From: Campylobacterota bacterium
GTDB taxonomy: Bacteria > Campylobacterota > Campylobacteria > Campylobacterales > Thiovulaceae
Assembly (NCBI GenBank): GCA_030152305.1
Contig: JASKOM010000010.1
Location: 10,797 to 74,796, forward strand
Length of the DNA stretch: 64,000 nucleotides
Reading direction: 5' to 3'
Shown here: positions 38,563-47,141 of the stretch, in pieces
Numbering within the stretch: the first letter of the stretch is position 1
How the letters are laid out: every line of letters begins with the position of its first letter
Notes under the pieces: model-generated
The model's database searches: none
The model's input: the letters and a program-made list of their open reading frames with translations, nothing else
What the model was told of the DNA's origin: nothing
Position numbers and translations under genes: made by a program

Positions 38563-39174
38563 ATGAATAGAGGACGAATTTTAATTGTTTCTGGTCCAAG
38601 CGGTTCAGGAAAAAGTTCAGTAATTAATTATTTATTGGCTGAATTAGAAAATGCTGTTTTGTCTGTTTCGACAACTTCGCGAAAAATACGAGATCGAGAA
38701 ATTGACGGTGTCGATTATAATTTTGTAACTCGCGAAGAATTTATTAAATTAATTAAAGAAGATAAATTTCTTGAATACGAAGAAGTTCATGGAAATTTAT
38801 ATGGCTCACGACGAGATTTAATCGAAGATGCCCTTGAATTTGGCAAATTGTTAATTTTTGATGTTGATACTCGCGGAATGGCTTCGATTAAAAAATTTTT
38901 TCCTGATGTTACTGTTACGGTTTTTATTACAACTCCGTCTCGTGATATTCTCGAAGAACGATTAATAAAACGAGGAACAGAAAATAAAGACTCGATAAAA
39001 AAAAGATTAGTTAATGCTGTTGAAGAAATGAAAGCATTGTCAAATTTTGATTATTTTGTTGTTAATGATAATCTCGAAAAAGCAAAAGCTGATGTTTTTC
39101 AAATTGCTAAATTAACTGAATATAAACCGTCGAAATCGCTAACTTCGGCTTTAATTGAAATATGGGCATTATAG
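38563..39174 (+). CDS. gmk: Guanylate kinase
   Basis: P-loop GPSGSGKSS, TTSRKIRDREIDGVDYNFV. Confidence 0.9.
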   Translation: MNRGRILIVSGPSGSGKSSVINYLLAELENAVLSVSTTSRKIRDREIDGVDYNFVTREEFIKLIKEDKFLEYEEVHGNLYGSRRDLIEDALEFGKLLIFDVDTRGMASIKKFFPDVTVTVFITTPSRDILEERLIKRGTENKDSIKKRLVNAVEEMKALSNFDYFVVNDNLEKAKADVFQIAKLTEYKPSKSLTSALIEIWAL

Positions 39175-40484
39175 AAAATTTATCTGTTGCGATTCTTTCA
39201 GCTGGTGCTGGAACTCGCATGAAATCGCAATTACCAAAAGTTCTTCACGAATTGGCTGGAATTCCAATGGTTCATTATGTTGTTCGAGAAGCTCAAAAAA
39301 TCTCGAATGATGTAAATATAATCGTTGGTCATCGAGCCGATGAGGTCAAAAAATCGATTGAAAATAAATTCGAAAATATAAATTTTATTCAGCAAGATTT
39401 AGAAAATTTTGCTGGAACTGGTGGAGCTTTGCGAGATTTGAATCCAAAAAATAAATGGGTTTTAATTATAAATGGCGATACTCCGCTTGTTAAACACGAT
39501 GAATTAATCAAATTTATTAATAGTCGCGATGAAAATATTAATATTATTCTTGGTGTTCTCTCTTTGGAAAATCCCAAAGGTTACGGCAGAGTCGTTACTT
39601 CGAATGATGGCAAAATTATTAAAATTGTCGAAGAACGAGATGCTTCGGAACATGAAAAAAATATAAATTTAGTAAATAGCGGAGTTTATTTAATTCTCGC
39701 TGATTTATTAAAAAAATATGTTTATTTATTAAATAATGAAAATAGCCAACGAGAATTTTATTTGACTGATATCGTCGCTCTTGCAAAAAATGACGGAATT
39801 GAAACTTCGATTTATAAACTATCTGAAAAAATATTCAAAGGTGTTAATAATCGAGTTGAATTATCTGATGCCGAAGAAATTATTCTTGATCGAATTCGAG
39901 AAAAAATTATGTTAAACGGAACGACAATTCATTTGCCGAAAACAGTTTATATCGAAGAATCGGTCGAATTTATCGGTGAAAACGAAATAGAATCTGGAGT
40001 TTCGATTTACGGAAAAAGCAAAATAATAAATTCTATTATTAAATCTGGTTCAGTTATTGAAAGCTCATATATTGAAAAATCATCAATTGGAGTTATAGCT
40101 CATATTCGCCCTGATTCTAAAATCGTCGATAGCAAAGTCGGAAATTTCGTCGAAGTCAAAAAATCAAAATTAACTGGTGTCAAAGCTGGTCATTTAAGTT
40201 ATTTGGGCGATTCTGAAATTGACACGGATACAAATATTGGAGCTGGTGTAATTACAGCAAATTATGACGGCAAAAATAAATATAAAACAAAAATTGGCAA
40301 AAATGTTTTTGTCGGAAGCGATTCTCAATTAATCGCTCCTGTTGAAATTCCTGATAATGTCATGATTGGTGCAGGTTCAACAATTCCTAGTCGAACTCAA
40401 ATTGAATCTGGTTCTTTAGTAATTTCTCGAGGTAATGTTCGAATTATTAAAAACTTCTTTTATAAATTCTTCACAACAAAATAA
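39162..40484 (+). CDS. glmU: Bifunctional UDP-N-acetylglucosamine pyrophosphorylase / glucosamine-1-phosphate N-acetyltransferase
   Basis: N-terminal LSAGAGTRMKS nucleotidyltransferase motif and C-terminal left-handed beta-helix hexapeptide repeats. Confidence 0.9.
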   Translation: MGIIENLSVAILSAGAGTRMKSQLPKVLHELAGIPMVHYVVREAQKISNDVNIIVGHRADEVKKSIENKFENINFIQQDLENFAGTGGALRDLNPKNKWVLIINGDTPLVKHDELIKFINSRDENINIILGVLSLENPKGYGRVVTSNDGKIIKIVEERDASEHEKNINLVNSGVYLILADLLKKYVYLLNNENSQREFYLTDIVALAKNDGIETSIYKLSEKIFKGVNNRVELSDAEEIILDRIREKIMLNGTTIHLPKTVYIEESVEFIGENEIESGVSIYGKSKIINSIIKSGSVIESSYIEKSSIGVIAHIRPDSKIVDSKVGNFVEVKKSKLTGVKAGHLSYLGDSEIDTDTNIGAGVITANYDGKNKYKTKIGKNVFVGSDSQLIAPVEIPDNVMIGAGSTIPSRTQIESGSLVISRGNVRIIKNFFYKFFTTK

Positions 40485-40496
40485 AATAAAAATATA

Positions 40497-40537
40497 TACC
40501 TCATCGATATATATATTACTTAATTATTGATGAGGTA
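40497..40537. terminator. Hairpin formed by an inverted pair of the ACCTCATC/GATGAGGT motif between convergent glmU and the 40542 gene
   Basis: TACCTCATC (40497-40505) and GATGAGGTA (40529-40537) form a perfect 9-bp stem with a 23-nt AT loop. Confidence 0.5.
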
Positions 40538-40541
40538 AAAA

Positions 40542-41144
40542 TTAAAACAATTCAGCTGTTTTTTTAATTGCAGAAATATAAGCATTGAGAATATTTTTGT
40601 AATTATGCATAAGTTGTTGCAATTCTTTGCTATCTTGAGTTGAAAACGGATTAGCAATAACACAAGGAATAGACAACGAAGCTAATTTATCCAAAACTAT
40701 GCCCTCACGATCAACTTTGCCACCTTTTTGAATAATGCCTAAATCTTTTAAACCAGTATTTTTAATTAACATAGATTGAAAAATTTCAGCACTTTTACGA
40801 GCTATCGAAGAAGAGTTATGTCTAGTTTTGATACCTTTATCAATTACATAATCAGACGTGCATTCAAATGCAATTAATATATCAAATTTGTCTTGTTCGA
40901 CAGTATTAACAATATTTTCAATGAGATTTTTTTTAATAATATGAACCATAATATTTTGTTCTCTTGAAAGAGCGATTGTAATTTCAGAAGCAAATTTTTG
41001 ATACACAAGTAATTGCTGAAGATCGTTGTTTGCTTTACCAATTTGTGTCATCTCGCGAAGCACGATACCAATTTTTATCATAAAAATACTTTCTTTAAAA
41101 TATAAATATATATATTTTTTTTGCTGTAAAATGAATCCCATCAT
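40542..41144 (-). CDS. Hypothetical protein. Layout is faintly reminiscent of an Amidase_3 fold lacking the catalytic residues.
   Basis: The ORF probably starts at the internal MIKIGIV (about 41081). ...DILIAFECTS...SSIARKSAEIFQSML...IPCVIANPFSTQDSKEL... parallels the order of Amidase_3 motifs, but the Zn ligands are not evident. Confidence 0.3.
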   Translation of the reverse strand: MMGFILQQKKYIYLYFKESIFMIKIGIVLREMTQIGKANNDLQQLLVYQKFASEITIALSREQNIMVHIIKKNLIENIVNTVEQDKFDILIAFECTSDYVIDKGIKTRHNSSSIARKSAEIFQSMLIKNTGLKDLGIIQKGGKVDREGIVLDKLASLSIPCVIANPFSTQDSKELQQLMHNYKNILNAYISAIKKTAELF

Positions 41145-41203
41145 AAAGTGATGGGTTGATAATTAAAAGTTAATTTAATTAATATTTTTAGGTTAAATAA
41201 CCA

Positions 41204-41776
41204 TTAAATTTTAGAAAAAATAAATGTTTCCATTTCAGCAACGATTTCATCGATTGAAGATTCACCGCTAATTTTCTTAAGAACTAATTTATCTTCATAG
41301 AATTTTTCTATAAAAGATAAAGGATCTGTATAAACTTTCATACGATTGTTAAAAACTTCGATTTTATCGTCATCACCTCTAGCTCGTCCAAGAACTCGAT
41401 CTTTAGCTGTTTGTTCTGAAACAACAACTTCAATAACAGATAAAAGAGCAATTTCAAATTCATTAGCAAGAATATTATCAAGAGAAATCATTTGTTCTTC
41501 ACTTCGAGGAAAACCATCGATTAAAATAATTTCATGAGAAGAATTTTTAATAGCTTTGATAACAGTATTTAAAACAATATCAAGAGGACAAAGAAGACCT
41601 TTAGAAACAAAAGAATTAATCAAAGTTCCAAGATTAGAACCGCTTTTAATTTCATCTCTAAGAAGATTACCAGTTGAATAATGAGCGATTTTATCGCTGT
41701 TTCTAGAAGCAATTCGTTCAGCATCCGTAGTTTTACCAGAACCTGGAGCCCCAATAATAAGAAATAACTTTTTCAT
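41204..41776 (-). CDS. adk: Adenylate kinase
   Basis: P-loop [14 protein letters not shown], and a short LID (no zinc-finger Cys). Confidence 0.9.
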   Translation of the reverse strand: MKKLFLIIGAPGSGKTTDAERIASRNSDKIAHYSTGNLLRDEIKSGSNLGTLINSFVSKGLLCPLDIVLNTVIKAIKNSSHEIILIDGFPRSEEQMISLDNILANEFEIALLSVIEVVVSEQTAKDRVLGRARGDDDKIEVFNNRMKVYTDPLSFIEKFYEDKLVLKKISGESSIDEIVAEMETFIFSKI

Positions 41777-41899
41777 GTTAATTTTTAACTTTCATAAATT
41801 TTGATTTAACAACTGGAAATTCTATCAAATTAAAATTAAAAAAGTTTATTATAAAATAAACAAAGTTTTAAGCTTTGAAATAATATGAAAAATTTTTAA

Positions 41900-43366
41900 G
41901 TGAGATATAATTTTCTCAAAACAATAAGGCTAATTATGGGTATTGAAGATTTAAAAAATATAAAACTTCCTCAAAGTTCATCAGCAAAAACAGCTGAAAC
42001 AAACAATAATCAAACTGTTGCAAAAAGTTCAGGAACATCTAATCAGACTTCTAAAAATAATTCTGTTACAAGTGATTCAAAACAAGCACCAACGAGTTCA
42101 TCAGGTGGAATAAAAAAAGTATCATCAAGTGTAAAAACAGCTGAAACGACAAATAATCAAACTGCACCAAATAGTTCAGTTATAAGTAATTCAAAACAAC
42201 AATCAATAAATTCTGTTCAACCGACAAATAATCGAACTACATCAAATAGTTCAGTTTCAAGTAATTCAAAACAACAATCAACAAATTCTGCTCAACCGAC
42301 AAATAATCGAACAGAAACAAAGCTATTAAATAAAGGTTGGCAAAATATAACATTAAAAATAACAACTTTATCACCAATTCATATTGGTAATGGTGAAGTG
42401 TATGAACCAACTAATTTTATTATAGATAAAGATAATATTTTGTATGGATTCAAAGAAGAGTTATTTATACGAGCATTGCCTCCAGTTCAGATTAATGGCT
42501 ACATGGAAAGTGCAAAAAAAGGCTTTATAGCTTTACATCAATTTACAAAAGCAAACAGTGAAATTGCAAAAAAAGTAGCAAATGATAAAGTCAAAGTTAA
42601 AACAGGTTTATCAAATGGTTATGAAGATAAATTAAAAAATCCTAAAGCTAATTTTCATATTTATAAAACATCAAAAACAATGTCTAAAAATGAGCAGTCT
42701 GAACTTCAAGCTTATATTCCGGGAAGTTCTTTTAAAGGAGCTATGCTAACTTCATATTTAGAATATTTATTCAAAACAGAATATAAATCAGATAAAAACA
42801 GATTTGAGGCTTTAAGTAGAAATTTTTTCGATCTAAAAGGAGATCAATTATTTAGATATTTAAAAGTAAGCGACAGTTTAGTTGAGAAATCTTCTTCAAC
42901 TATTGGATATGCCGTTAATCGAAGTAGATCTGGTGAATGCGAAGATAGTCAAATGGCAAATATCGTTGAAGCAATTGATAAAAATTCTATTTTTAAAATA
43001 GATATTAGATATGACAGCAATGTCTTAAATATTAATACGATTTTACAATCGTTAAATCAACATTTTAAACCTATTTATGATTCTGTTATTCATGAATTTT
43101 CAGATTGTTCTTCTCCAACTGTTGTATCTAATCTTAAAGTTATGAAATTTGATTCGCCTAATAAATTTATACTTAGAGTTGGTAAATATTCTGGAGCTAG
43201 ATCTATTAGTGTTGCTGGTGTCAGAGAAATTAAAATTAAAACAGGTAGAACTACTTCTGAAAAGCAAGACGAAGAAACGACATCGTGGTTATTTGCAAAT
43301 ACTCCAAAAGATATTACTAATTTAGAACCTTTTGGATGGCTTTTAATCGAAATAGAATCCAAATAA
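41900..43366 (+). CDS. Orphan RAMP-superfamily protein (Csm5 / Cas7-like) with an N-terminal S/T/N/Q-rich low-complexity extension
   Basis: RAMP hallmarks in canonical order: ITLKITTLSPIHIGNGEVYEPTNFIIDKDNILY, YIPGSSFKGAMLTSYL, YLKVSDS, LRVGKYSGARSISVAG, and C-terminal EPFGWLLIEI. The likely start is ATG at 41936, preceded by AAGG. Confidence 0.5.
   Translation: MRYNFLKTIRLIMGIEDLKNIKLPQSSSAKTAETNNNQTVAKSSGTSNQTSKNNSVTSDSKQAPTSSSGGIKKVSSSVKTAETTNNQTAPNSSVISNSKQQSINSVQPTNNRTTSNSSVSSNSKQQSTNSAQPTNNRTETKLLNKGWQNITLKITTLSPIHIGNGEVYEPTNFIIDKDNILYGFKEELFIRALPPVQINGYMESAKKGFIALHQFTKANSEIAKKVANDKVKVKTGLSNGYEDKLKNPKANFHIYKTSKTMSKNEQSELQAYIPGSSFKGAMLTSYLEYLFKTEYKSDKNRFEALSRNFFDLKGDQLFRYLKVSDSLVEKSSSTIGYAVNRSRSGECEDSQMANIVEAIDKNSIFKIDIRYDSNVLNINTILQSLNQHFKPIYDSVIHEFSDCSSPTVVSNLKVMKFDSPNKFILRVGKYSGARSISVAGVREIKIKTGRTTSEKQDEETTSWLFANTPKDITNLEPFGWLLIEIESK
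42168..42317 (+). repeat. 2 x 75-nt tandem repeat encoding SNSSV(I/S)SNSKQQS(I/T)NS(V/A)QPTNNRT(T/E)
   Basis: Near-identical units begin at about 42168 and 42243, inside the low-complexity N-terminus of the RAMP-like ORF. Confidence 0.8.
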
Positions 43367-43483
43367 TTTTTATTATTTTTTTGTTTTTTTCTTATATAAC
43401 TTACTCCGATTTTATGATATTTTTAAAATTTACAAAGAGATCTTTAAGTTATAATTCGAGTAATTTTTATAGAGGTATGGAAA

Positions 43484-43972
43484 ATGAGCGATAATTGGGT
43501 AAGTGTCAAAGAATTTTCACAGATTACTGGAATGGATTTAGAAACTATTCATGGAATGATAACCCGAAAAGAAATTAACTTTAAAGAACGAGACGGAGTT
43601 ATATATATCGACACCGAACAAGGCAGTAAATTAATAGTCCCAGTTGCAATGAGATCTCTAGCAAAAAGTGGAAAATCTACTGAAAGTGTTAATATTAATT
43701 TTGTTGAAAAAACTATTGCTACAATACTAAATCTTCATGAGAAAGTTGTTGCTTCAAAAGATGAAACTGTTAGTGTTTTAAAAGAAGAAAATATGTTTCT
43801 CAAAGAAGCCCTTATTTCCATTCAAGAAATTCTCGAAGATGAACGAAAAAATTTACGAGTTTTAACAGAACAACTAGATAATTGCCAAGAAGAATTAAAA
43901 TTTGTAAAGAAAAAATATAAACTTATGTGGGGCAAAGTCATCGAAGATTATAAACCAAAAAGTAAATTCTAA
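43484..43972 (+). CDS. Helix-turn-helix (excisionase/MerR-like) DNA-binding protein with a C-terminal coiled coil
   Basis: The N-terminus WVSVKEFSQITGMDLETIHGMITRKEINFKERDGVIYID is typical of HTH_17/excisionase-type domains. The C-terminal half is heptad-rich. Confidence 0.5.
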   Translation: MSDNWVSVKEFSQITGMDLETIHGMITRKEINFKERDGVIYIDTEQGSKLIVPVAMRSLAKSGKSTESVNINFVEKTIATILNLHEKVVASKDETVSVLKEENMFLKEALISIQEILEDERKNLRVLTEQLDNCQEELKFVKKKYKLMWGKVIEDYKPKSKF

Positions 43973-43981
43973 ATTTTATCC

Positions 43982-44004
43982 GCCTCGTAATTCGAGGCAT
44001 TTTT
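43982..44004 (+). terminator. Rho-independent terminator
   Basis: GCCTCG-taatt-CGAGGC followed by ATTTTT. Confidence 0.65.
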
Positions 44005-44057
44005 AACAACTCTCTTTTTTATAATCTATTTCTCTTAACTTAAGGACTCCAATTTAT

Positions 44058-45641
44058 ATGTCATCTATTTTTAATTATTCTCAACATAATTTTTACAAAT
44101 TTTTTTTTATTAATTCTGTTTCGATTTCTATTTTATTTGCAGGAACAAACAGTGATTATATTGGCTGTGGTTCTGATGAAACAATTGCCAGAGAAGAACT
44201 TGCAAAAAGTATTTCAATTACAGTAAAAACTTCGTTTGATAAACAAGAAGCTATAACAGATGATAAAGCAACAAGATATTTATCTTCTGTTTCTAATCAA
44301 TCTACAAATCTTAACCTCATCGATGTCGTTATTCAAAAACAAAACGATAATCAAATTTGTGCCATTGTTTCAAAAGATTCTTTAAGAAAAAGTCTTGAAA
44401 GTGCAAAAATTGAAATTAAAGATTTTAAATCTTCAATGCTGATTGGTTCTCCAGAACAAAAACGAAAAACTTTAAATCAAAAAATAGAAATTTGTGAAAG
44501 TGGTATTAAACTTGCTTCGTTATTTGCAGATGCACAAGCTGGAACACTTTTTCAAAATAAATTAACCGAATTTCAACAAATTATTGATAATGATAATTTT
44601 CAAAGTGTTAAATTTAATATTGAAGGTGGATCAGGACTTGAAATTTTTATAGACGGTAATAATCAATCACATAAAATAAATGAATCAATTTCTATTTCAT
44701 CTGGTTCTCATCAATATAAAATTAGTGGAACAAATATTTGTGATATTAACGGTAATTTCGATATTTATAAAAATGAAAATATTATTATTAATAATATTTC
44801 TGTTGCGGAATATATTCGTCCAAAGGTTTCTTTTACGACAAATCAAAATGTTAGTTATGTAAAATTAAATGTTGATGGCGATGAGGTTGCTGTAAATAGA
44901 GAAGTAATTTTAAAAAAATGTTCTGGAAATATTCCATATAGTGCATCATATAACGATGGAACTTATACAGATTTAGCAAGAGGTTCTGTTGAAAATATTG
45001 AACCAAATATAAATAAAACGATTCATTTACCATTTTTATCAATTGGTGATATAAAAGCAATGAAAAATGAAATAGACACTTATATGAATGGTCAAAGAAT
45101 TGAATTTTTATATAGTTACAGCATGAAAACAATTTCGGCTAATGACCAAAAAGATTACGATTTAAAAAAACATACAAATAATTTTGAAATAAATTTATTA
45201 ACACATAAACGATTTTTTAGATACGGTTATGGTTTTATGATAGGAGCTGATAATTTTTCAGAACCAACTAATAAATTAATAGAAAGTTACATGTATGGTG
45301 CAATTCAATTTTCATCTTTTGGACAATATGATTTACCGTTACGAATAGGTTCTGTTTCTTTGATTCCATATTTAGGTATGAAAATTGGTGTTGGTTTTCA
45401 CGAATATATAACAGCCGATGGAGAAAAAGCTTGGAATCATCCAGCTGAAGGTGATGACGATTATAAATATGTTCCAGATAAATATGAATTCGATTTTGAA
45501 AGAGATTTATGGTTAATGAAACCTATTGTTGGAATAGATTTTATAATTAGTAAAGGTTTTGCTTTTAAAATTTATGGCGAACAAAGTTTAAAAATAGACA
45601 AACGATTACATATTGGCACAGGATTAAGTGTAGAATTTTAA
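44058..45641 (+). CDS. Outer-membrane protein with an N-terminal LPP20-like domain and a C-terminal beta-barrel
   Basis: Signal sequence. LPP20-like segment: GCGSDETIAREELAKSISITVKTSF. Alternating beta pattern at the C-terminus, ending ...GTGLSVEF (terminal Phe). Confidence 0.5.
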   Translation: MSSIFNYSQHNFYKFFFINSVSISILFAGTNSDYIGCGSDETIAREELAKSISITVKTSFDKQEAITDDKATRYLSSVSNQSTNLNLIDVVIQKQNDNQICAIVSKDSLRKSLESAKIEIKDFKSSMLIGSPEQKRKTLNQKIEICESGIKLASLFADAQAGTLFQNKLTEFQQIIDNDNFQSVKFNIEGGSGLEIFIDGNNQSHKINESISISSGSHQYKISGTNICDINGNFDIYKNENIIINNISVAEYIRPKVSFTTNQNVSYVKLNVDGDEVAVNREVILKKCSGNIPYSASYNDGTYTDLARGSVENIEPNINKTIHLPFLSIGDIKAMKNEIDTYMNGQRIEFLYSYSMKTISANDQKDYDLKKHTNNFEINLLTHKRFFRYGYGFMIGADNFSEPTNKLIESYMYGAIQFSSFGQYDLPLRIGSVSLIPYLGMKIGVGFHEYITADGEKAWNHPAEGDDDYKYVPDKYEFDFERDLWLMKPIVGIDFIISKGFAFKIYGEQSLKIDKRLHIGTGLSVEF

Positions 45642-45648
45642 CGATTTA

Positions 45649-45667
45649 GCGGGTTAATTTAACCCGC
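45649..45667. terminator. Bidirectional hairpin between convergent genes
   Basis: GCGGGTT-aattt-AACCCGC. Confidence 0.55.
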
Positions 45668-45677
45668 ATATAAATAA

Positions 45678-46988
45678 TTAGCAATTAAATAATTTATTTT
45701 TTGCCATTTCGAAACTATTAAAAAGATGATCATTAATTAAATCAAAACTTAAATCTTCTCGTTTTGATAAATGTTCATGCCATAAACTCAAAGAAATAAA
45801 AACATCTTCAAGACAAACGACTGCTTCTTTTCCAATTTCAGAAATATGTCGCCCTTGTGATAAAAGTCGTTCGCCCATATCGTCTAAACCTTTTGTTACC
45901 GCTTTTGCCATTGGATAAATACTTAATATTTGAGATAAATCAGCAAATAAATGAACAATTATTTCCAACGAATCAATCGATATATTTTCTTTAGTATTTT
46001 TATTGCTATTATATAAAGCCTCTTTAAATTTCACCAAAAGATCTTCGAAAATTTTCATATCAACTTGATCCATAAAAATATATCTTTTATTGCTTTGACC
46101 TCGTTTTCTTCGAATATAATTTTTTATATCCTCTCTTGAAAAATCGTTAGCAGAAGATATTTTATATTCGAATTCTTCTATTAATGCTTCATCTTCTATT
46201 ACATTATGTTCAGATACGAAATTATTTAATATTTCTAAACGATCATAATTTAAATATTCAAGAGCGAAATCTTCATATTCATCAAGTTTTTCATTTTCAT
46301 TTGAAATTAAATTAACTTCAAATTCGATCATATTTTCATTGACATAAAAATTACATATTTTTTGAATTTGTTTAAGTTCAAAAACAAATTCTGGATTAAA
46401 CCTTGTTTCTAGTTGAAAAGCTAGAAATTCATTATTTTCAGTAACTGTAATTTTCGAAGAAATACCGCGATCGATTTGTGAAAGAGCGAGACTATAAATA
46501 GCTTGAACGATTTCGTGTTGATTTGTTCGTCTCGCATTTGAATAATTTTCCCAAAAAAGATATAAGTTAGAAACCAAACTTAAGTCATAAATTATTTTTC
46601 GTTCAAAATCACTAATATCAATTCGTTTATAAATTAAAATATCGAGATAACTTCTAAGTCTTAAATTAAAAAATTCTGATTTGAAAGGTTTGATAAGTTG
46701 GTCTGTATACCATTTTTTTAATCTTTGTCGCTCTTTTGAAACAGAAACTATTAACAAGTCTCTATTTTGTTTATATGTATCAAAAGCTATTTTATCAAAA
46801 TCTGAACTTACAAAAAGAATATGAATTTTTTCTGTTTGTAAAATTTTATTAGCATCTGTCTCATTATTTGCATCGATAATATTCAAGATTTTATCAAAGT
46901 CCGTATTTGTTGCTTTATAATCTTCTAACATAAAAATTAAATGATTTAATTCATTTTCGATAGAATCAACAACTAAAATATTAAACAT
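45678..46988 (-). CDS. Cytoplasmic pseudo-receiver protein with a helical (HPt-like?) C-terminus
   Basis: N-terminal CheY-like layout (ILVVDS...IHILFVSSDFD...LIKPF) that lacks the acidic pocket and phospho-acceptor Asp. The C-terminal helical bundle is unassigned. Confidence 0.4.
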   Translation of the reverse strand: MFNILVVDSIENELNHLIFMLEDYKATNTDFDKILNIIDANNETDANKILQTEKIHILFVSSDFDKIAFDTYKQNRDLLIVSVSKERQRLKKWYTDQLIKPFKSEFFNLRLRSYLDILIYKRIDISDFERKIIYDLSLVSNLYLFWENYSNARRTNQHEIVQAIYSLALSQIDRGISSKITVTENNEFLAFQLETRFNPEFVFELKQIQKICNFYVNENMIEFEVNLISNENEKLDEYEDFALEYLNYDRLEILNNFVSEHNVIEDEALIEEFEYKISSANDFSREDIKNYIRRKRGQSNKRYIFMDQVDMKIFEDLLVKFKEALYNSNKNTKENISIDSLEIIVHLFADLSQILSIYPMAKAVTKGLDDMGERLLSQGRHISEIGKEAVVCLEDVFISLSLWHEHLSKREDLSFDLINDHLFNSFEMAKNKLFNC

Positions 46989-47141
46989 GTATTCCTCGTT
47001 ATTATTTAAAGTTTATATCATTTTATCAAAAATTATGATAATCTAGTATTTATCATAATAAATTTATTAATTAATTAAAGAACTTAAATTTAATGACTAT
47101 TGCAATATATATTTATCAAATTCAAATAAAAAAGGTTAATT

